From contig JBHGNT010000010.1 in assembly GCA_043228905.1 (NCBI GenBank), positions 21,266,001 through 21,330,000 of the forward strand: a stretch of DNA of 64,000 nt, given 5' to 3'. Position numbers and translations under genes: made by a program. Position 1 is the stretch's first letter; each line of letters begins with the position of its first letter. The stretch is from Azolla caroliniana. Lineage: Eukaryota; Plantae; Polypodiophyta. Shown one piece after another: positions 13,258-26,200 of this stretch. A model generated the notes under the pieces. It made no database searches. It saw nothing but the letters and a program-made list of their open reading frames with translations, and was not told where the DNA came from.

Positions 13258-16200
13258 ATGCTTGGGAATGGGATTCTAGGAATTCAGAGGGAAAGCAACA
13301 GCAAAATATGGGAAAGGAGAGCTCCCTTAACCCCAGCTCATTGTGCTAGGCTTCTTAATGCTGGTCGTGGATCAAGACACGGTGGCGTGAAACGCATCCT
13401 AGTCCAGCCCTCCACAAAGAGGGTTTTGCAGGATATCCAATATGAGAATGTTGGCTGCGAGATCTCAGAGGACCTCTCTGAATGTGGCCTAATTCTTGGT
13501 GTTAAGCAGCCTGAGGTAAGTTGCACAGGTTCAAGCACATTATTCAGATTTCATTTCTTCTAATTTGGCTAAAATTATGTGTTAATACGCAGTTAGGGAT
13601 TCTTCTGCCTGAACGAGCATATGCATTTTTCTCACATACTCATAAAGCTCAACCAGAGAATATGCCACTCTTGGATGAGGTATGATGATAATGCTCTTTC
13701 CCACTGAAGGTGCTAATAGAATATTTCATATCGTCATCCTTTCTCATCTACTAGAATGGTTTGTGCTCTACAATGTTGTCATGATCTAAAATTGTTGATG
13801 TCTTCTCTATGAAGGTTCTTGCCAAGAATATTTCTTTGTATGACTATGAACGGATTGTTGGAGATAAAGGAGAGAGACTGGTGGCATTTGGGGAGTATGC
13901 AGGACGGGCAGGGATGATTGATTTTCTTCGGGGGCTGGGAGAAAGTAATTCTTCTTAATCTTGGTGTTGCATGCATAGAGAGTTTAGGAATCTCAATGTG
14001 TGCATGCATAATCAACAGAGCAATATAATTGAATATGTAAAGTTCCTGTCTACAACACTGTAAGCATCTTTACATGGAATAATGGGTTTGGGTGTTTCTA
14101 CTGGGGTGTGTTTTGATGCGTGCATTAATAGTTCATGACAATTGTCGACCAATGGTTCTAAAGTTTTCAAAGAGGTGAAATACATGGCATAGTGAAAACA
14201 GATATCTAAGCCTTGTGGTGTTGATTCCTACATGTAAGGCTTTCGTCTCCCCACACTCTCGCCACTAGTTGTCTCTGGCATACATGTCATATGCTTAGCC
14301 CGCTGTTTGTTTCTAAGAGTTTTTCCTAAAAGCCGATGAAAAAGCGCCAAACAATTTGATAAGGAACCATTATGTGAAGAATTGATTCCATACCTTCTGC
14401 AGACACACCACTTGTGAAATAGCAGCCTTTGCGGTAGCATCATCAATGTTACTGATAAAGTAAGATGCTTTCTCAGGAAGATTCTGTGATTCTTCAGAAA
14501 GGATCATTTGAAATCCCTCTGATTGTTTGTAATAGACCAGAAAATGTACCTGGGAACCCGTAAAGACCTTTCCTATGAAAGTGGGTTGTGATAAGAAATG
14601 TCTTGAAGTTCCTTATCTATGCATATGAAACTACAAATTGAGGTGTACATGAGAATCACGAATATACTGATGCAGTTCTTTTGAATTCGTTTTTGGTAGA
14701 AATTTTCATGATGTTTAATAATAGACTCTCATGTTATGGATGATTTTTTTTACTTTAAAAGAATTCATTATTTATCATTTCTTGAATACTATCTTCATTC
14801 AAATAAATTGTTGGCTGCAGAATATCATGAGCGAGGGAAAGAAAAATTCTATTCTATGCTAGTCTTGTAGGATTCTAAATTACTTTCCTAGTTCAGCTGA
14901 ATACATTACATCTCATGTGAAAATAACTATCTTACAGGGTATCTAAGCCTCGGATATTCAACACCATTTTTGTCTATTGGATCATCATTCATGTATGCAT
15001 CTCTAAGTGCTGCAAAAGCTGCTGTTCTTCAAGCTGGTGATGAAATAAGAGCAAATGGTTTACCATCTCAAATCAGTCCTGTAGTGTTTATTTTCACAGG
15101 GTCTGGAAATGGTAAGAAACGTCAAAATGTTTTTTCGAATTACTATCTTTGGTTCAATTAGACAAAAATGGTGGTGTTGATTGTTTGTTATTGCTCTCAG
15201 TGTCCCAAGGAGCGCAAGAAATTTTTCGCCTGCTGCCACATAAGTTTGTTGAGCCTGCAGAATTGCCTAGACTAGGAAGTTTCGTGGTCAAAGTAAACAT
15301 TCTCAATTCTTGTAGGTTGTGCAGCTATTAGATAGTCTTACATCTCTCTACATCTGAATTATCATTTTGGAAATTTCTATGGTATCTAGGAACAAGAAGC
15401 TACTTCATTGTTGGGGCCAAAGTGCAACAAAAGAACTTTTGAAGTTTATGGGTGCATAGTAACTACAGAGCACATGGTGGCTCCAAAGGATCCAACACAG
15501 AAATTTCATAAAGTAAGCAGGATGTGCAGGAGTTCATAATATGGAAGAGTTAACAATGTAAATTTTATGTTTTGCTGATACATTTTAGCGGGGAACAGTA
15601 TTCATTACATAAATAAAAATGCATGATGTTTCCGATTTCATAGAATAGAAAAGTTAATGATGTGAATTCTATGTTTTACATATCATTTTAGGGGGATAAT
15701 ATTCCCATACATCAATCAATGAGAAGGCTCTTTTCACGATGAGAAATGTTTTAGTTCAATTTATGTTTTGTCAATGAATTGTAAGGAAATAGCATCCAAC
15801 ATATAATATGATGGTCTTATAGGGCGAGAAAATTCAGTCATACATATTTACATGGCTCATCACTCTGAAGAGCCATGATTGCAAGCAACTTCGCTAGCTT
15901 ATAATCCAACATTGGAAATGCTGGTTAGTGGTGGTTCCCTCGTAATAGAATCTTAGAGATGGCCTCATAAAGGTAGGAGCGTTGCCTAATTAGCACTCTT
16001 AAAGACTTAGATGTGAGCTTGCATGGCACCTTTGTTGAATGAACCTTCTCTATAATAATATGAAATGCACATGGCCCCTCAACTTTGGATATTCATCTAA
16101 TTGATGCAAAAGCTAAAAGATACTTCTATGTAGCTTGTCAATAATAGAAATGGGAAGTAAAAGAGAGTTAGAATGAAAAAGTCTTAGAATTTTAACTCTT

Positions 16201-19200
16201 AGATTGCTTCTGCTTAGCTTGAGAAATGATTAGAATGAATAACTCTTCGAAACTCTGAACTAGCTGAGAGTCTCTTTATTTCTCTGAATTCTTCCAAGTA
16301 TTTGTTATTTTCCCAATGTCTTTGATTGACTCCAGGGAGGGGGATCTAAATTGAGCAGTTGTCTTGTCAACGCATCCTTGTTTCCTCTCTTTAATGGTTG
16401 GCCAGGGCCATTTGGGGAAATAAAGGAAAACTCTTATTTGGGAGGTTTTTCCCTATACTCCATCGTAATTTATAAATGAACAGGTTACCATCCTCCAAAT
16501 TTCCCCTTTCCCATAAGTAAATAATGTCTGTCCATCACTGTGTACCGATCCACAAAGTGGTTGGCATTCTTGGCCATTTCTTTGATGTTTGAAAGCAAAT
16601 GTTATACAATTTATATTTTGTAAGTCTCTTTGAAGATTGTTCATATCCACAATCTCTTCAAAGACAAACATGCTCTTTTCAGAAACAGAAATCTAGTCTG
16701 AACTTTGACTGTTAGTGATCATAAACTTTCACTGCAAATAGTCTATTCTTATCACATGAGCTTCAATGGAGATTTATACCCAAAGTGTACATGAACCTCA
16801 GATTCAGAAAACTAATATTCTGAAAGCTGGTTAAGGAATTCTACACATTTATTGTTCATATTACACATGTTGACTCTTGATTCTTCATTATTTGCAGTAC
16901 ATGAATACAAAATTGTAGTTGAAAGTCTAAATAAATAAATTCTCTCAATGAATGGGTAAATACCCCATTTTTATTGTAAATCAATTGTCTCATGGGCCAA
17001 TTTTGGTCTTCGACGACGTTAATATAACTTTCTTTCTTTCTTTCTTTCTCAATGATCTGCCAGGATAACTATTATGCTCATCCAGAGCGGTATTATCCAA
17101 TATTTCATGAGAAAATTGCCCCTCATGCATCTGTCATTGGTGAGAATAATCTTCATGTTGTTGCCATATATTTTTTAATTAAAAGTCTGTTGATATCAAT
17201 CTGATTTCTTGTTTTGGCATCAATTTCAGTGAATTGTATTTATTGGGAAAGTAGGTTTCCACGACTTCTTACGAATGGACAGTTACAAAGTGTGGTAGGT
17301 TTGCATAATCGACTCATTGGTGTTGCTGATATTAGTTGTGATATTGGAGGATCTATTGAGTGTGTCAAACGCACAACTTCAAGTGAAAATCCTTTTTATA
17401 GGTATGATTTCTTTCAGAGTCTTACGTGAAATTTGGAATATGACTATATATTCATGAGTTTCAACTTTCAAGAAATTTAATAAGGATAGTTGTGCATTCA
17501 GGTATGATCCACTATCAAATTCTTATTACAATGATATGAATGGGAAAGGGATAATAATTTTGGCTACTGATAACCTTCCGTCAGAGCTGGCTAGAGAGGT
17601 AGATTGTCTGGATTTCTAAACAACTTGAGGTCATGTATGACAAGCATTATCTCATTATATTGCATATAATTTTGTGCAGTCTACAAATCATTTTGGAGAA
17701 GTGTTGCTTCCATTCCTTCCAAACATGGTCAGTGTCAGCACTCTTTCAGAGTTGTTGCTACCAGTGCAGCAGGCATGCATTGCTCATAAAGGGCAGTTAA
17801 CTTTACTTTATGAATACATACATCGCATGCGTCTCTCTAATAACAGGTAAACAGAATTTTGTTAAGAATTACTTTCCGAATCTCCTGGCCCTGTAATTAA
17901 ATGCTTCTGGACTAAATGCTTTTATATCAGAAAATCTGCTTTGGAAGCAAATACAAGAGATAAGAGTGGCATGGAGTATAAAACCATGGTAGTCTCCTTC
18001 AACAGATTATATTATTAATCGTTTTACTCAAAGCAGGAAATTTATTTACATTGTGTTCACAGGTTTCTCTTGATGGGCACCTATTTGATCATCTATTGAT
18101 TAATGAAGCATTAGATGTCATTGAAAATGCTGGCGGTCAATTCCGTTTGGCAGCTTGTGAACTGGGTCAGACGGTTGATTCAACATCACATGCAGAACTA
18201 GAGGTATATGGGCAATTTCATGTTGATAGGGTGATATTTGGGATGCATCCAACTTATAACTGATAAAGATTGAAGTGAACAGGTTATTGCTAAGTCTGGA
18301 GACATTCTATCCAATATTGTTGATCTGTTGGCATCAGTAGCTCATAGATCCCAACAAAGGAACACAAGAAGACCATTCTTGAATGAGGAAAAGTCCCTTC
18401 CAGCAACTGTGAAGAGAGACAGTGTATTGAGATCAGAAAGTAATGGCAAAAACCAAAAGTCGACACATGTATTAATATTTGGAGCAGGTAGAATGTGCAA
18501 ACCTGTTGTGAACTACCTAGCTTACCATGGCCTTGGATCAGATCGAAGTGATTCACAACTATGGGTTACAGTGGCTTCCTTGTTTCTCAAGGATGCTGTG
18601 GAGGTGAATCTAGCATTGGATAACCCTTTAGCTTTAAATGTTTTTTTTCTCCTGTTATAAGATTCACACAGATGAAGGTTTCAGTCTCATTGGCTACTTT
18701 TTGACCTTTTGAAGACATTAATATAAAATTTCAGTTCTGACTTTTAGTGTTATATTATAGGTTACGAATGGGATACCAAACACTTCTGCTGTGCAGGTGG
18801 ATGTTTCAGATAAAGAACAACTGTTTTCATTGATATCGGAGGTGTGCACTATGCCTTTCACATATCCATCACAGGGAGCCATGCATGCACTTCAGAACTT
18901 TCCTGAATATGAGATCATTATCATGTCAGCATTGCATCTACCAAATTTGAATAACATAAATGAAGGATAAGTAGAGTGATTGATAATTGAAGGCATTCAA
19001 ATAGAGATCTAAATTTCAACTGAGTACACATCAAAAACACCTATACATAAAATATGACAAAGATTCCTCCAAATAATTTCATTATACACATAACCAGGTT
19101 GTTTTATTTATGTAGATGATATTTATCGTTTTATGTTTTCTATTCGACAGGTATCTCTAGTGATAAGTTTGCTGCCTCCAAGTTTTCATACGACAATAGC

Positions 19201-21559
19201 AACGTATTGTATTCAGGTGATAACTTCTTCTGTAATGGTTCCATAACTTTTAAATGGAAATCTACTTTACCTCATCTTTGCTTTTTGTGTAGAGTGGGAA
19301 ACATCTGGTGACAGCCAGCTATGTCAGCATGGAGATGGCGGCCCTGCATGAGAAGGCCAAGCAAGCAAATGTTACCCTGCTTTGTGAAATGGGATTAGAC
19401 CCTGGAATTGGTATTATTCTCACAACTATTCGATCTTTGGTTGAAGTCATGTAATCTCAATAGATGTCACTATAACTGGCCAGCTAAAGCTTTTGGTCTT
19501 CAGATCACATGATGGCCATGAAGATGATTGATTCTGCCCACCAGAAAGGGGGTCGTGTTGAGTCATTTATTTCATATTGTGGTGGCCTTCCAGCTCCCGC
19601 TAGTGCTGATAACCCTTTGGGATACAAATTTAGGTGAGTTAAAGATTCCCAATCATATGTTGTGAGTTTTATTATGATTGTTACTCTTTGTTTGGTTTTA
19701 TTCATGAGTGCTTTTCTTTTTTTCAAGCCATCAATGAATGGTAACAATTTCTTTGTTTTCCATTGGATCTAATTTTGAAATCGAAAACACAAGTTGCCAA
19801 TTATCCTATGTTGGAATGTAAGAATTGTTGTTATTAGTAAGTTTATTAGTCTAGAATACATGTTATCACGTAGACTGAAGTCTATATCATTGAATAATTG
19901 AATAAATCAATTTAGGTCCTAAAATGAGATATCAGAGTAGCTCTTGAAGTAGGTTACAGTTCCAAAAAATATTGGACGATTCTTGGTTTTGCTAACATTT
20001 TCGCTCACATAATCTATAGCCTATGTTATACCTCTTTCATATGCGTGAATGCCACCTTCGATATGTAAATATATACAGTTGGAATCCTGCCGGAGCATTG
20101 AAAGCAGGTCGCAATCCTGCAATTTACAAAGATGAAGATAAGATTATTAATGTTCCAGGTAAATGTTTTTGGATGTGCCTAGAAGGTAGATTTCAATGCT
20201 CATTTAATAATAGTTCCATCATGTTAAATTTTCAGGGGATGAACTTTTCAGCTCTTCAACCCCTTTTCGGATTCCCAACTTTCCAGCTTTTGCCCTAGAA
20301 AGGCTACCTAACCGTGATTCTCTCCAGTATGGTAATTTGTATGGGATATCAGGAGAAGCCGCTACAGTTTTCCGAGCAACTTTACGCTATGAAGGCATGT
20401 ATTTTTTATTATGTCATTGCATGGAAAACCCTGAAATTAAAATTAATTTCAAAACCAAATGGCATATAATGATTAAATCTGTGCAGGCTACAGTGACATT
20501 ATGAAGTCTCTAGCAAAACTGGGGTATTTCAATACAGAAGCTTGCACTCTACTACAGGAAAGCAACTTTTCAACTCAATCAAGGCCATCTTATCGTGTCT
20601 TGTTCAAAGAGCTCCTTCAAAATTTTAATAAACAAAAGGGCACCACAGTTGTTGATATTAGGTGTTTGAAAAATGATCCTGAGATCCTTATTAGATTGGG
20701 GTGCTGTGAAAACCTTAGCACTGCAAAGAGGTTATCTGATTGCATCAGGCATGTGGGTCTTGATGCTGAAGATGCAATTCTTACAACATGCAGCAGTGCC
20801 TTCGATGTTCTCTGCTCAAGAATGGAGGAGAAGCTCACCTTTGCACCTGATGAACAGGTAGTAAAATCATGGTTTTTCTGTGTAGCCTTAATTTTCTATC
20901 TTCTATATACAAACATTTGGGAAGATATATTAGGTACCTGGACATTGGATCTTCATGGTGTCAGCTGACTTTGAATAATTCTACAGGATATGGTGCTTCT
21001 GCATCATGAAATCAAGATAAAGTTCGATGACAGCAGACCTTCAGAAAAGCATGTGGCAACACTTCTAGAGTTTGGGGATGTGCAAGTTGGAATGACTGAC
21101 CCATTTCAAAAACCACACAGTGCAATGGCCCGCACTGTTGGCCTACCAGCAGCTATAGGAGCCCAGGTATGTATTTTGTTCCTTTTTGGGAATATGAATG
21201 TCCTTTTTACAGACACTTACGGACTTCTGCTGGTATTGCAGTTACTTCTTTTAGGAAAGTTAAATACAAAGGGTGTGGTTCGTCCCCTATACCCTGAGAT
21301 CTACATGCCAGGTACAGAACTAGGTAGTATTTCATATATTGTGTCCTTGAATATTTAATCTTGGAGAGTAACGTAAAGAAACGACTAAAGTTTTTTTGCA
21401 TAGATAATCACTAAAACAGTGTATTCTTTAAAGCTTATTGCATCATATTTTTCAGTTTTATGTGACCTTTTTATCATCATATTTTTTTCTTGATTTTCAG
21501 TTTTGGAAATTCTAGAATCTTCTGGTATCCATGTCAGAGAACACACAGATCAAATTTAA
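13258..21559 (+). CDS. LKR/SDH: Bifunctional lysine-ketoglutarate reductase/saccharopine dehydrogenase (alpha-aminoadipic semialdehyde synthase)
   Basis: Exons 13234/13258-13515, 13593-13679, 13815-13944, 14938-15111, 15201-15292, 15390-15512, 17064-17139, 17230-17401, 17502-17598, 17680-17846, 17931-17988, 18063-18203, 18283-18603, 18761-18841, 19151-19216, 19293-19410, 19504-19633, 20079-20158, 20236-20394, 20487-20857, 20987-21166, 21242-21311, 21501-21559. Motifs [55 protein letters not shown]. True start may lie in an upstream exon. Confidence 0.96.
16945..17023. repeat. ~80-bp dispersed repeat, copy B (inverted), in an LKR/SDH intron
   Basis: Inverted copy of 10902-10980, followed by (CTTT)n, 40 nt before the 17064 exon. 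Confidence 0.85.
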
Positions 21560-23222
21560 CTTTGAATGCGACAATATGTGGCAATCTGAAGTGAAAAGTG
21601 ATACATAATTTCAGAGGTGCAGATACAGTCGTGTTGAAAGACCTGTATATTTTCTCATGAAGCTGTAAAAAAAGTTTATGCATTTTGAATGTATATACAT
21701 TATTCGCATTGTTGATTATAATTTAATTTTTATAAAAAGTAAAATCATGGAGATCATATGATCATCTTATGGAGAGAAGTAAAACTCACACCATTTGATA
21801 AAAGCAAACCTCTGCAAAACAGATGAAGTTTATTATTGATATTTCAGTTGAAGGTAAAATTTACTGTTACAAGGCAACAATCCGTATTTGATCATTAGTA
21901 ATGATTTCAAGGTTTATATAATTAAGAATTTGTACCCCGATTTTGCTCATTATTGTAATAAGAAATCATTGGCCTACACACCCCTGATTTCATTCACCTG
22001 CTAATCATACATCCATTTTTAAATATATACATAAATTTTTGCTGTTTTGGCAATACATTTAACCATAATTTCAATTACTCAAATGAACTGTGCGTACATT
22101 TTCATTTAAACAAATTTCACTTTTCAAATGTGCTTTCTAGTTAAGAACGTCACTATCACAAACTGTCCAAATGTGTGACTTGATTTTCTGAATTGATAAT
22201 AAATGCAGCCTTTCTAGAGTTACGTATATGCATTGTCATTAGAACTCTGAAACATAATGCAAGCTATTCAAAAGTTGTAATTGATTAGAGATGGGGAGAT
22301 TCCTTGAATAATAAGAAAGGCTGATCATTCCTGAGAAATAAATGTACTAGGGATCAACATGCTATGTCAAATATGATATTGCAGACTGTAGTCAAGTAGA
22401 AGTTAGTCGATTGATTGAATTTCATTGTTTGGTATAAGTTTGTATTTTATAACCATGTACCAGGGATGTTATTGTGCCAATATGATATTTGATATTGCAA
22501 CTCAATTAGGTATTAGACGATTGCTTGAATTTGAACAAAAAGAGGCACACACGCACAAATTTGAGGGGTTGGCTGTTATTACAACAGAATTGCTTTTAAG
22601 ATATCATCTTTTAGGCTGTTTTCTTTTGAATTGACTTGACAAATTGATTACACCAGGGGCAAAGGGGGATAACTGAGAACAAGCAGCAATATATTCAACT
22701 ATTTGCACAGGGTACTGCTGAAATTACATGCAATGCACAATAGAATCTCAAGAATTATCTTAGCAGCCATGCAGATACATTCCTTTGTGTTAAGGAGCAA
22801 TTTGATTCAACATCAAGACATCAGAGCGTCAAGATTGTTTTATGGTCAATAAAATAGAATGGCAAAAGCAAATCCAGTTATTGGGTGCTTTTTTTGTTAT
22901 ATAGATACCATTCATTAGACACCATTCATCAAAGTCTTGACATGTAAGCATGAAGCACAATTCAAGCTGTGATTTTAATTAGAATGGCAAAATTATAACC
23001 ACTAAGAATAAAATGTTTCTCTCATATATGTTTTGACAATTGCCGGAATAAGCAAATCTAAAGACATTGCTCAAATTCATCACATGTATTACTAGGCCAT
23101 GCGGATCATTGTATACCAAGCACTTCTTTTTAATGTTGTAGAGTTTACTCTCAGCAATAACTTTATCTCAAGTAAGAAACTTTGTGCCAGGATATCAAAA
23201 TATGGACAACGCCCAGACAGTG

Positions 23223-26200
23223 CTAAAGGTACAGTTGAATCAATTCATCACTTACAGCAGAGGGGGTTAACACACCAAGATCAGTAAATAGAAGAGTCAG
23301 ATATTGTGGTGGAGTATAGTCTCTAGCTGAACATTCAGCCTCAACTGAAGGCGGCAATGCAACTTGAAAATCCACCTTCCTCGGTGCTGGAGACATATCT
23401 CTCTGATCCAATGGATACATCCTTGCAAACTGTAAAAAAAATAAAGAAACAAAAAGAAACTCACAGTACATTAGGACTATCATAATATATACTCTTGTAA
23501 ACAAAAAGAGAGATTCATACTGCCATATGTTAAGACAATTAAAACCAGATTTGAAACTTTTTCCATAGATAAATATGCTTCGTTTAGAGGTGGTCTGCAC
23601 TGTCTGTCAAAGGCAACATGACAGAGAATAATCATCTATAAAGGTGAGAAAGTACCTTGTAGCTTTCAGCTGCAACATACACAGGTTTATTCATGGTCCG
23701 AGCCACCATAGCTGCCTGGTAAGTTCCAATCATATTAATGATGCCTCCACTTTCGACGACACCATCGGCACCAATTAGCAACATGTCCACCCGTTGCATT
23801 GTGTATGCTACAGCAGAATCTATTATAAGTGTTACAGGCACACCAATAGCAACCATCTCTTTTGCCATCTCCACCCCCGTGCTATCAGGTCTTCCCTCTG
23901 ATTACCCATAACCATATTCAAGTGCAAGAAAATATGATCGTTAATATGCATTTTAAGTCCATAATATAAAAGATAAATCAACTCATTTTATATTTATATG
24001 CTTTCTCAAGTTCTTAACAAATGCTAGAAAAATAAATAAATAGAAAGTGTGGTCTTCTAAATCATCACAAATTATAAATCAACTCATTTATCTTTAAATG
24101 CAGAGTCTTATGTTCTTAACAAATGCTAGATCAATTGCAAGCTTCTGACCACAAATGTTAGGTGAAAGGCAGAGAAACACCTGTACATATGACACTGAAA
24201 TGTTTCTTGTTTGATGCAGCAAGTTGCAAAATTGACAACACTACTCTAGAGAAACCATGTGTCAAGATTACATTCCCATCTCGGATGAAGTCCTGTCCAA
24301 GCATGGCAATGGTTTTTCGGGCCTGCACAAGACTATGGCATCATATATATTTGAATAAACTACAGCAATAAGTATCTATTTGTTGACAAAAAAGCTGAGC
24401 CTCAACATGTTATAAACTCCTGCCCCTGCCCGTGTTTGGCAAAAGCAATCGAGATGGGGCCCCAATAAGAGAAAAAGAAAAACTAGCCTACTTGAATTCA
24501 CTCAATTTCAAAGGATATGCCTTCAAAGCTCATAGAAAAAGAAGCTAAAATTTCAAGAGATTTACCTTTAAAGAAATTTCACCAAAACGTTCTCCACGCT
24601 CAATAAGTCTAGCTTTTCCAGCATGAATATCTTCATACTCCAATGCTGATGTTCGAGTCACATATCTCATGAAAAGTTCACAGCCAGCAGACAAAGATAT
24701 CGAAGTCTCATCCCAAGCCTGAAGGAATTAACCAAGAGATCTATGTCAAAATAATAAAAATTGCAAAATACTAAGATACTACAGTTATATTAAAGCAAGG
24801 ACTATGCGCCTGTCTGGCATTTGATAGCCTTTAACCTCTTTAAACAAAAATCACATCTAACATCTAATTTCTGTTGAGAGAGATATAATTTCAAGGAAAT
24901 TGGTCTTTCACTGACATGCTATGGTAAAAACAGTCTGAAGCATAGTATACAACATAAAACATTACAATCTTTCTTCAGTCCTGGAAAAAGTGTGCTGTAG
25001 TTCAACCATCAACATTGGTTGCACATCAAATGTTCCGTGTCTGTGGAGAGAAGTGTGGAGATGACTAGCAGTTGGGTCACTAAAGAGTGCAGTACTGGAG
25101 AGCCCGTGAGGCCAGGACAGTCTCAAGGTCATACCCAAAGGGGCGAGGCAACATGAATTTACAGCAGCAAACATATTGTCCTCATGCAAGACCACAGCAT
25201 AGGGGAGCTGCCAGATTGTGGCTATTGGGGTGGCAGAATAGTCATTTTACTTTCAATCATTTTCATGTGTTATGATGAAGCTCAGAAGAGCTGACTCCCA
25301 CGATACCTAGAATCAGAGCAAAATTCCTAGTCCCTAAAGACTTGGTTGGAGAAGTTTCCCAATCCCATAGTCTTTATGAGTATTGGTATTCATTTGCTTC
25401 TCCTTCATATTTCTTCATTAATAGGAAAATGCAAGAAAATGTGTTTTCTTATGAGAAAAAACTGTAAATAAAGGCAGGTACATAGTCGAGATACGCTGAT
25501 GAATCATGCAAACTAGGAATTCCTAGTTGAAGATCAATAATTGCAATGATCTATCCCCATTTTGATGAAATTTCTAAAGACTACCCAGACCTATCGATTT
25601 GGCATCTTTAAGGTTTAGTAAACTAAAATGCGTATATATACATCTGTCTGATTTTATAAAGGCAGTCAAATAGTCAATATAAGCTGATGACTCGTGCAAC
25701 CTAGGAATTCCTAGTTGAAGATAAATAATTGCAATGGTCTATCCCCATTTTGATGGAACTTCTAAAGACTACCCAGACCTATCGATCTTCAACTTTAAGG
25801 TTTAGTAGACTAAAATGTGTATATATAATACATCTGTCTGATTTTATAAAGGCAGGCACATAGTCAATATAAGCTGATGACTCGTGCAACCTAGGAATTC
25901 CTAGTTGAAGATAAATAATTGCAATGGTCTATCCCCATTTTGATGGAACTTCTAAAGACTACCCAGACCTATTGATCTTCAACTTTAAGGTTTAGTAGAC
26001 TAAAATGTGTATATATACATCTGTCTGATTTTATAAAGGCTGGTACATAGTCAATATAAGCTGATGACTCATGCAAAATAGGAATTCTAGTCAAAGATCA
26101 ATAATTGCAATGATCTATCCCCATTTTGATGAAATTTCTAAAGACTACCCAGACCTATTGATCTAGTTTGTAATCTCGTTGAATTGATCAGTGTGGCACA

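Noticed and set aside
16060-16760. Possible LINE remnant in an LKR intron
   Set aside because: Only a vague Cys-containing motif; too degenerate to call without a search.
25468-26164. Palindrome-bearing periodic repeat as CRISPR
   Set aside because: The sequence between palindromes is itself repeated; it is a satellite.
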